Positions 53,592 to 64,000 of a stretch of DNA of 64,000 nucleotides are shown here, in pieces (the stretch's first letter is position 1; every line of letters starts with the position of its first letter). The notes under the pieces are model-generated. The model had not been told where the DNA came from. It did no database searches and saw only the letters and a program-made list of their open reading frames with translations. This DNA comes from Lytechinus pictus (Eukaryota). Location: NCBI RefSeq assembly GCF_037042905.1, contig NC_087251.1, forward strand, positions 1,986,001 through 2,050,000, written 5' to 3'. Both the position numbers and the translations under genes were made by a program.

Positions 53592-55962
53592 ATGGCATCT
53601 TCTGACGAGCTACCGAATTTCTCTGGTTATTGGAAGCTGACGAAAAATGATGAAAATTTCGAGAAGTATCTTCAAGCCAATGGAGTGAACTTCATGTTAA
53701 GGAAGGTCATCAAATCTGCCACTGTGTATCAAGACATCGAACAGGATGGTAATCAATTCAAGATCAAGATCATGTGAGTTACCACACTCTATATGATTGT
53801 TTTTCTCTTAATGCGTTCTTTTATTAGTTCTTCCCGTGACATATATACGATCCCCGGATATGAACATGCAAAGGAAAATGATTTAAACCATAAACTGACA
53901 AATAACTTCATTTGAATCAAGGTACCAGTAAAGAGCAACAAGATAGTATAGACTTTTATCCTGTTGTGCATTTATATTACTGAAAGATATATTAAGGGGG
54001 GAGGCAAAAGGAAACAAAAGACAGATGCCACCGCACACGTATACATCCCAGCACAAACCTTCAGCCCCCCCCCCCCACTACCACTACCAACAGCCCCTTC
54101 CCTTCCCCTTCATGGCGTGGCAAGGACCTATCCCAACATGGATCCAGATCAGAGTCAACTCAAGTGCAAGTTTTTTTCAAATGACCCTTACTTTAATTCG
54201 GCCGGATAGGCAATTTTCAAAGCAATATCGCTTGGTAAAATATCAATGAAATGTAATTTCCCAGAAAATCGAAAAAGGTTTTCATTTTGTAGGCCTAACT
54301 TCAGTATATCAATACACAAACGATTTCACATCCGCTCCTAAAAAAATGAAATGAAAATTAAGTCATCACGAACCATTGAAATATGAAAATTTATGCATTT
54401 TATTTTACATAACATATGGGGCAGCTGCTGGTTAATGACGTCACAAAAAAAATAACGTTCTTAATGTTTGAAAGATTTTCTCAAACCTTCACCAATATTT
54501 TAATTATTTTTCTGCTATTTTTACAACAAAGTTTTCGTCAAGGTGAACTTCTCTTTAACTGCACCACCATCCAAACACGCATAACAAGCGAAATGAGTGG
54601 AACCCATTGGCATGGGGCCCAGGGGCTCAGCTATCCCTTGGCAGGGGAGGGGCGAACCTTTTGAATTTGGGGCATTTCAATTGGTCCAAAAACTGATGTA
54701 CTTTATGTAAAAAATATATATATTTTTTAATTATCACAATTTTTATTTTTAATATTTTTAATATATATATATTGACTCGTACGTGCCCACTTGGTTATAC
54801 CTGATCATTGTGCCACTAGTGGCTAACGAGTCAGTAGTACATCTGACCTATAGGCCCTATGACGACTGCGAGTGTGTAAAAAAAACTGAAGCATGGTTGT
54901 GGGGTTCCATGACATTTGCTCCGGCGACAGTTACTCCGCTGCAAGTTCCACACATTAATGTAATGACCAACTTCAACACTGGATTCAACACTATACCCTA
55001 TCATACACCCAACCCTAAACATAACATAAAACCATATTGCAATCCTAACACTTATATCTTAGACAAAATAAAGCACGGAGTAATTGTCGTCGCCGGGGCA
55101 AAAGTTGTGTCACCGGATGGGGGTAAAACATCCTTGCAGGTTTATCACTTTTCTTTTTAGATTGCCGGTTGCTACTCAAGAATTGACATTCACAGTAGGT
55201 GAGGCTTTCGAGACCTACAATAGCTTCCGGAAAGTGACCTTAAAAAGAATAGCAAAGTAAGTTTTGTGATATTTCTACTCTTCATTGATATGAGTTTTTT
55301 TATCATGTAATATTTCTTTCTCACTCCAAATGTACTACAATCGAAAATGAATATATTATGTTTTTGTAAATGACACAATTTGAGTAAAAGACAATGATAA
55401 TTGCAATTTTTACCAGTTCCCGGTCATTGTTTATGTTAAAAAATTCTACAAATACTCCTCTGATAACAATGTACCTATTCAAACTTGATAAGATTGTGGA
55501 ATATGGACAAACATATTCAGAAAGACAGGGATGTCGTTCAATGTTTCGGATGGAAGGAGAGGCAAAAGTGAAAACAACATGTTCAAAATCGGCGCGCAAT
55601 ACAAGATCGACGCCTCTGCCAAATGAATGATAAGTTACTGATGACTTAGCCCTGGGAAATTCTACAGGAGTGGTGAAAGTTTGCCTTTTGAATGGTTGGT
55701 ATAAAGAAGTTTAATTATTTTGTTATTTTTCTTATCTTCCCTTTCTTCTTCTTCTTATCCTTCTCCTGCTCCTCCTTCTTTTTTTTTCTTCTTCTTCTCA
55801 TTGAATAGCTGGGATGGGCAAGCAATAATCATCAAGTCATCTGACCCTGCATCAGATGAACCGGAAGAGAAACGTGAGCTCGAGGATGGATTCCTGTACC
55901 TTACTCTGACTAAAGGGGACGTTACAACTAAGAGAACTTTTGAAAAGGCAGTTAAAAAATAA
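53592..55962 (+). CDS. Fatty acid-binding protein (FABP/iLBP family) paralog C, 143 aa, 3 coding exons
   Basis: Exons 53592-53773 (MASSDELPNFSGYWKLTKNDENFEKYLQANGV...IEQDGNQFKIKI), 55161-55256 (ILPVATQELTFTVGEAFETYNSFRKVTLKRIA) and 55809-55962 (NWDGQAIIIK...KRELEDGFLYLTLTKGDVTTKRTFEKAVKK*). Both introns are phase 2 GT-AG; AATAAA signals at ~56002 and ~56025. Confidence 0.93.
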
Positions 55963-56523
55963 CTTAGACCTGTGAAAGGTATTACAAATGGCTGCAATAT
56001 AAATAAAGTTACGAGACTTAATGAAATAAAAGACCTGTACATTTTTTTCAGAAATAATTGTCTTGAATATAAGACATAAAAAGGTCTGATTACTTAATAA
56101 ATGCTTAATATAAAAACAGTACCATCAAGTTTTGGATGAGAATCAAGGCATTTGGAATATTAGTCATCTAATCAATCTATCCTCTCCCTTATAAAGGTAA
56201 TGCTTTGATCAGAATAACTTGGTGAACATGTTCCCAGTCTTATCGAAAATTAAGTTAATTATGAGCTATATGCTCGAGTGAGCAACTTATGCCAATTTTC
56301 AAAAAAGAATTAAAACTGTAACAGTTACGTTTAATGTTCTATCAACTGTACTTTTTAGAATTTCTTGCGCGATGACATGATAAAATGTGTGAATTTATGG
56401 AGATTACATCGTTCTCTGTCAATGTTCATATGGCGAAATGTGTGAGGAAACAAGCGATGAGGTGCGCCATAAAACGAATTCGTAGAAATAAGTTCAGGAA
56501 ATTACATGACACTTAATTTGGGC

Positions 56524-57848
56524 CAGGGGCGGCGGAACGTATTTTCGTGGGGGGGGGGGGCAAAGCCAAAGAAGGGCACTTGTATGCCCACAAGGGCATT
56601 TTGGTGCCGTATTTTCACCATGAGATTATCATCTGTGTGAAGAAGTTGTGTGTTTTGTAGTAATTAAGTTGAGCAAAGTTTTTCCGATTGATAAGATATA
56701 TATTTAGGTTTAATTTTTTGCTAGCGAGCGGTTTGGAAAAAAAATTGAAATTGTAAAACTAGCTTTTTGGTCAATTATGGACCTAATTACTGTTAAAAGG
56801 GCATCCTTGCGGGATGTTGCGAGAGCGCGAATCACGAGCTCAAACTTTTGGAAATGTCATGTAATAAGACATGAAAAGAAAACTTTCCAAGCAGTTTTTG
56901 TAATCATGAAAAAGGGATGTGAATCTAACTGAAGAATTAACGCGAGCGCAGAGCGCGAGCTGAAATTTTTAATATACTGACCAGAAAGGGAACTATTTTA
57001 GTGACTCATGAATAGGATACGGGCTACATATCTCACCAAACGAATAACATGAATAATGCGAGCGCGAAGCGAGAGCTGAAATTTTGTGATATTCTAACCA
57101 GGAAACTGGACATTCTAGGCATTTTATTTAACCTGGAACAGAATGACCATATACCTCAATGAACAATTGGTACAAGCGCAGAACACGAGCCAAAAATGTG
57201 TGATATTCCAACCAGAAAACTGGACATTCTAAGCAGTTTTGTATGAACAGGATGAGTATCTGACTAAACAATTATTTATGCGAAGCGCGAGCCAGAAAAT
57301 TGTGATTTTCTCACCTGAAAACTGGACATTCTAAGTACTCTTTGTAACCAGGGGAGTGTTTCATCAACATTTTCATCCGACAAGTTGTCAGATCTGACAT
57401 CTTTCCCTGCATGTTGATTGGCTGAAAGGCATTGTTTCTATTGTAACTGTCGGATACAATGGGACTTGTCGGATAAAACGTCCGACAAGTCCTTTCATGA
57501 AACGCCCCCCAGGAACAGAATGCGAGCGCAAAACACGAGTAAGAAATGTGTGCTATTCAAACTTGAAAACTGGACATTCTATGCATTTCCGTTAACCATG
57601 AACTGGACGAATACCTTATAGTTAACAATCATTGATGCGAAGCGCGAGCCAAATTTTTTGAGATTTTCTAACCTAAAATGTATTATGTTTTACTTCAAAA
57701 AGGGTATTTCATTTTGAAAAGGGCACATTTTATTTTGATAAAAGGACATTTTCCATTTTGAAAAAAGGGAATTTTTTCCTTCGGGGGAATTTTTGTTGGA
57801 GGGGGGGGGGGGACTTGCCCCCCCCCCCCCCCGGTTCCGCCGCCCCTG
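56524..57848. mobile_element. hAT-like non-autonomous element with internal ~120-bp tandem repeats
   Basis: 15-bp TIR caggggcggcggaac / gttccgccgcccctg and 8-bp flanks atttgggc / ctttgggc (7/8 match), with repeated gcgagcgc...aactggacattcta units. Confidence 0.8.
57352..57509. mobile_element. PIF/Harbinger-like MITE nested in the hAT-like element
   Basis: CAG|gggagtgtttcat ... atgaaacgccccc|CAG, a 3-bp duplication. Confidence 0.7.
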
Positions 57849-59681
57849 CTTTGGGCAGACACATACTTCTAACTCCCTGTTTGAATAGAGACAATACTTT
57901 CTTCGGCTGGACACTTCTCCTCAATCAGTAATCGTGTGATAGCGCCACCTACCGTGCTACAGCGATGAGGAGACAGAAAAGAAGAAGAGGGGTGCGGATA
58001 GGTCAACACATAACAAGGGTAGCATTCACAGGCCTCGTTTATACACAAATGTGGTTGACAAAACTCAAAAATTTGTTTGTGGAAACCTTTAAATTAAATT
58101 ACAAAGATGACATCTGGAGAAAAAGAAGAAAATTTAAAGTGAAATTAAGTGTTAAATATGCAAATAATGTTTTTCACGAATAAATTAACATATTTTATTC
58201 ATAATAAATACAAATAATTATTTTCAGATTTTTTTTATACTGGCTTGTAGTTTATGCGGTAAAGAATGTGCGTGCCAAATTTAAACGCGATCGCGCGAAC
58301 GGCGGCTGAGATCAGAAGGGGGGCATCATGCCTCCCAGTCCTCAGTAAATCTCAAATAGCCCAGTCCTTTCAGGGTTAAACAATGTTTCTTGTTCATCCA
58401 TTTAAGGAGTAAACTTTGTGGAACACATGCTAACACTCTCGTGTAGATTTAATTATCATGATTTATTGTGTATGATCTGTCAAATATAGACACGGGAACA
58501 CAGTAAACAAAACACAACGATTCGACATACAAGTTGAGAAAAAAGTTTAATTTTCAAAATGAGACTTTCTCCCATTATCATGGTTATCGAAGAATAGTAT
58601 TTACTCATTGGCGGATTCAGAGGGGTGACTGGCCAACCCCTCCCCCACCCCTCAATCTCTTCAGGGATTGTGGTGGACTTGTAGATTTCTTCGGATTGTA
58701 CTTTGCCCTGAATCCGCCGCTAAAACTGGCATGTTCAAGAGAAATATTCTTTGGTAACAGTTTCCAATTTGTTCAAATCGGCCCACTGGAATATTGCATC
58801 TCAATTCATACTTAAGACACGTGTTTAATACACATACACACACATTCATGTTAATTGCACTCAAGAACCAAAGTTGAAGTAAACGAATGATTGTATATAT
58901 ATTAGATATATAAGTATAAAACTGAAATATTTGAAGTTTCCCTTGACTACGAACTCATGTCTATTTTAGATTTGGTGTACGATCATCGTAGGTCGGCCCT
59001 AAACTGATCGTATTTCACTATCAATGCAGATCGCAAGATGATGATCAAGTATTTTACTCTGATCTTTATATTTTTAGCGAGGAGATACACGTCGTATCGT
59101 GCGTACGATGAGTCTACAGTGGCATTGTATGGTCATAATACGATCCATGTACGAATCCCGAGAATATGATATTGTAAGTGAACAGAAACGGTACAATCTC
59201 CGTACGGCCTCTGTACAGCTTGAACACCTCCGACGCCAATGTCTGTTCAAAATGTCCTCATAAAATTCGTAGCCAATAACTGCCTAAAAGAGAAGACTAA
59301 TCTATCGTAAGATTGTCACAGCCCGGGAGGGGGGGGGGGCACTTCCATTGACGAGTGGATACCATGCGCGAGCCGGGCTCCTAAGTTACTACATCATCTA
59401 CATGAGCATACATAATTATATTTTCAGTCATTCCTTCTCGAGCATGTTGATACAACATATCTACATTTACCAAATCTACTATCATGTGACTATGAAACAA
59501 TTACAATTTGTCATACACAATTGCACGGCTTCTTACTAAATGACCTCTTCAAACACATCGTGATATAGTAGACTCAAGTTTCCTGATGACATTTTAATAA
59601 ACATCTCATTTGATAATTTTCCCCTGATTTTGCAGCAGCAATCGATGCGTTGTTCGACTTTCTTCACTCTTTGTTAACTCT

Positions 59682-59890
59682 GGTGTGTGTTTCATAAAAC
59701 TGTTCGTAAGTAACGCACGACTAGAACATGTTTATGTAGGTTGGTTTTAAGTCATTAGGGGGAAATAGAGCTCCGAACTATATATTATCATGGATATCTA
59801 TGTTTATGGATATATAATTTAGCACATGGGTCACCGGTCAGTCCGTCGTAAAGTCATGCATAACTTACGAACAGCTTTATGAAACAGTCC
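59682..59890. mobile_element. Harbinger-like hairpin MITE
   Basis: tgtttcataaaactgttcgtaagt ... acttacgaacagctttatgaaaca inverted arms. Confidence 0.55.
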
Positions 59891-60571
59891 AACATCATGA
59901 ACCGATAAATAAACCTATACCTCTTTTCATGACTAGATACTAGTCAAAGTGACAAATAATATTTTGTTTTTTCCAAAGGTAATTATTCAGTTTTGAAAGC
60001 CCGTAAGGTATAGGCCTATCTTATCAACTCAAATAAATGTTTCATACCTTATAAATATCTTCTAGTGATGACACAAGTGTTAATTCCTATGTGGCAACAT
60101 AAACAATCAATGTGATAGTGCAAATGTATATAGGCGACCAAAAAAAGGGACAAAATCAACAAAATAATGTTCTGGTATCTGAAGCCAATTATTTGGTAAC
60201 AGTAACTAGGCGCGTGGGCTTCTACCCCCCCCCCCCCTTCAGTAATCATGTACAAAAATATAAAAATTACCATTTAATTGTGTCTGTTTGCATAGTCAGC
60301 CCCCCTCCCCCCCCCCCCACACACACACACTTTCAACACCGTTCCGAGCCCCCTGTCTCAAATTTGATCAGACACATATACCTTGCATTGACTAGTTATT
60401 TTGACCAATTATTTACACAAGTGTAGCACCTGAACTCATTTTACCAGAAGAGCTCTGCTATGGCTCTAAGAGTATTTCTCAATATTTCTCTTCAGACATG
60501 TACGGATGAGCACATGCATGATTCATATGTTCAAAGAATCCAAACTTCAAAGAATTACACACTCAAAATCA

Positions 60572-63367
60572 TCATCTTTGGCAAGCATGAGAAAGAAACA
60601 GAGATAATTCTTCTTTGACAACATTACTAGGCATATGCATATTGATCGGTGCAGATAGGTAGGAAAGATTCATGTCCCATACATCAACAAAAAATGCCCC
60701 CGAACCTTTAAAGACTTTCCACATAGCTTCTTTCATCTGGTAAAACATCCAATCACGAGCTTTCATCTCCCATTGCATATTAACAGGATGAGGTGTTTTA
60801 ACGATAAGCTTTATATCTGGACACGTCCTCTTAAGGTAGGAATAGGCATCATATATACCTTCTAACCAGTCAAGGTAGCTACCCCATGGGTAGTTTGGAA
60901 AGTGCGCCCACGGACTTATCACCACTATTGCACTTTGGCAAGGAGTTTTGGCTAAGCTATACAAGACGTCTGCTTCGAATCGCACCACTGATAAATTAAC
61001 AAACACAGAGGATGGATGAAGAGAGAGTGGATGAAAGATGAATTCTAGTTTGATGTTGTTCTTCTTGTCTGTCCTGAGTAAGTGGAAAGACTTGTTTTTA
61101 AATTCCCGGTCTACCGCACTGCCGAGATCCAAAGATTTAGCAATCTCTGCAAACCACTGGCGCGTTGTAGAGTCTCCTGTTAGATAAATATTCTGTCCTT
61201 GCAAGCATTTACGGGTAGTGTTTATGGAGAATTTAACACGGGGTTGGCAAACCAATGAATTCCAACGGCCTTTGTACCAGAAGCCATCAGACAGAGTTTG
61301 GGATAAATCTGGTTGACAAATGGGTAGGGACATCAGCTGCGGATCAAGGATAGCTTTCTCATCTATCGTTTCTGGAAATACAAATAAAATAAAAATAAAC
61401 AAAGACAAAGTTTAAATTTTTTGTTGAGATTGTATGTATCCCAAAATTGTAATGAACAGGATGGTGAAGAGATTAAATGATGTTTTTTTTTACATTGTTC
61501 TTTGGGCCTGATGTTGTCATCATGAACTGATGAAAAGTGGCCCGTGACTGCCACATAATAAACTATAATTAAATGATGTGACAAAAGTAATCAGATGGAA
61601 TGGGCAGTCAACCCAAACCAAATATAGCCAGGGGCCGAAGCCACTTACTCCTGGGACTGAAACAGGGTTTCAGTTGGCAAAATAATATCAAAAGAAAAGA
61701 AGAACACTTAAACCATTTATTTTAAACATCCATCTATTTCCAAATATCTACCTATATCACGTCAACTTTGAAATGATGGCAATGTCCGACCGTTGCAATG
61801 ATTATCTTGATAGAAAAAGTCTCAACTAAAATCTATTTCAAATCAGTGGCTAGTAGGAAGTTACTCAATTTAGAACTGGATAAATCAATGTTTTTTATTT
61901 TGCTGAGCTGGTTGTTTCTCTCTTCCATCCAATATTGTAGCTGATTAATCATGGAATCAAAACAATTTACTCTTACCTCGGATAGTGATTGGTTTTCCAT
62001 ATGCTAGCGGTGCGTTCACGTAAGGTCTAATGTAATAAAATAGACAAGATAAATCCATACTTCAATTGTTGATATTATCTCAAGATCACGGTTACTTCAA
62101 CCTCCTTGTTATCATGCCACTGACCTCTGCTTTTATTATGTAGTCAGATGTTTTTCAATTTAGGCAAGATGGCTTGAATACAACCTTTCATTTTAATAAA
62201 TCAGTAAAAAGCAAGAATGCTACTATTTATCGGTGGACTAACAGCTCTAAATTCTCTTCAAGGATTTGAGGATGAATATCATATACAAATATCGCCTTCC
62301 TTATGATATCAGTTTAAATAGTAACACTATGGAGAAAGTATTTTTGGTCTTTCCAGTTGTTTATATTCATTTTACTTGGGGTGTTAAATGACAAGTCAAC
62401 CCAAACAAAAAGTTGACTTGAATAAAAAGAGAAAAATCCAACAAGCATAACACTCGAATGTAAAATAAGACAGTTATGACATTTTTTAAGTTTCGCTTAA
62501 TTAAAAAAAACAGTGATATGCACATCCAGGCCGGTATGCGAATGAGGGGACTGATGACATCACTCACTCTTTCTTTTGTATTTTATTATTTGAAATATTC
62601 GAATTTTCTCTTCATTGTCCTGTGAAACAAAGTTTTATTCCTCACAGAAAATGTGGTATTACCATTGTAATAGCATTTTATGGCTCAGTTAAGTTGGTGC
62701 TTTATGTCAAATTGGTAAAAATTGAAATATTGTATATATAATTCAATAAAAAAAACAAGGAAATAGTGAGTGATGGACCCTCCAATTTGCATGTCAGTGA
62801 GTTGTGCATATAACTATTTTGTTAAAAATAAGTGAAACCTTAAAATGTCACAACTTCCCTATTTTTCATCCACATTTGATGAAATTTGCAGCATTACGCT
62901 TGTTTAATTTTTCTCTATTGATTCTAATCAACACTTTTGGACTTGACCTGACCTTTAATGGGTGTTATTATCTCGCTTTGCAACAACGTTTGGACCTGGG
63001 GTCTAGACATATCCCGATCTAGAGTATATATTCAGCAAACTCCTCCTATAAATAAAGGTATTCAGATATTTTGACAAAGATAAAAAACAAGAGAATGTCA
63101 TACCTGGTGAATAAGTATGCTTTATCAGGAGTAAGCACACGTTGAAATTGATGTGAGTATGAAGTAGCTCCAACAACACCCACCAATGTACTGCAAGGTA
63201 AAGAAGCTGGTGTGTTGCAAACAAGTTGTGTGTGACGAAGCGCCCTCTGCGGCTGAAATATACATGCATTCGATGTCTTTCCATTGTAGCTGATCCAACA
63301 TGTTGATCTTTCCGTCAATCCCATAGAGATAAATACACCGTTCCATAGCACCTTCTCCTCAGCGTGG
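60572..63367 (-). CDS. NXPE family (neurexophilin and PC-esterase domain) protein, last three exons; 5' part beyond the right edge
   Basis: Exons 63367-63104 (HAEEKVLWNG...C...C...VCNTPASLPC...YLFTR), 62026-61977 (PYVNAPLAYGKPITIR) and 61371-60572 join in phase to 370 codons plus stop. Contains GFWYKGRW, CLQGQNIYLTGDSTTRQWF, WAHF, IVKTPH, VDVWDM and NMHMP, characteristic of NXPE proteins. Confidence 0.88.
62388..62954. mobile_element. Kolobok-like MITE, same family as 7110-7712, in NXPE intron
   Basis: TTAA|atgacaagtcaacccaaacaaaaagttgac ... ttggacttgacctgacct|TTAA. Confidence 0.7.
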
Positions 63368-63578
63368 CTGCGAGGAAAAAATCATACCTTATTTGTACCA
63401 ATAATGAATGCATTCAGAAGAGAACAATGAACCAAATTAAATCAAATTTGCGTACTTCGATATGACACTCAGATTTTTAAAATGCAAAGCTATTTTATGT
63501 TTACCTAAACTTATAATATATGTCAAAACGTCAAGTTAATCGCATCACCTTTTTTGTATCTCTCATTTATTTTCCTTC

Positions 63579-63614
<36 letters not shown>

Positions 63615-64000
63615 TATTTCAAATGACAGTTGGAAATTATAATTTTATTTCATTTATTGGTTTTTGCAACATTTTTCATAACAAAACTCTGGACAAGAAA
63701 ATACATATCTGAAATTTGACATCAAGATAATGAACAATAGTTTTGTATATCAATCATCAAATATATCTTACATAAATGAAAAATATTAAGTGGTATTTTC
63801 TGTTACACAATAAATAGGATGGTTGCAAGGGTCGTCACAAAAGCAAAGCTTGAAAACGTAACAGCCCACGAAAATAGCCAAAATAATTAATATCTATTGT
63901 CATTAAACGTGCAAGTGCATGAGGGACGGGGGGGGGGGGGGGTGGGCAAGGGTGGGCATGCTTGGTCCTTAGCATGGAATTTTAGAAAATAACACGTTTT

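Overview
AT-rich, intron-containing eukaryotic DNA. The G-string repeats and MITE families suggest a marine invertebrate such as a sea urchin (inference). Five spliced genes can be reconstructed by hand with consistent GT-AG junctions and phases: (1) a minus-strand G2E3-like HECT E3 ligase gene (ATG 17478, at least 7 exons, running off the left edge) whose 5' end abuts a ~700-bp one-directional repeat array resembling a DNA-transposon subterminal region; (2-4) a tandem cluster of three plus-strand fatty-acid-binding protein (FABP/iLBP) paralogs, each with a different intron layout, the second having its last coding exon duplicated within a ~1.4-kb tandem duplication; (5) the last three exons of a minus-strand NXPE/PC-esterase family gene. 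Introns and spacers are dense with non-autonomous elements (piggyBac-, Kolobok-, hAT-, Harbinger-, Tc1-, CACTA- and Helentron-like), SINEs, LINE tails, a nested foldback cluster at 18.3-23.7 kb and a 50-bp minisatellite made of GC-box/CCAAT/E-box motifs. Most ORFs in the supplied track are spurious. Family assignments come from motif recognition only; no searches were run.
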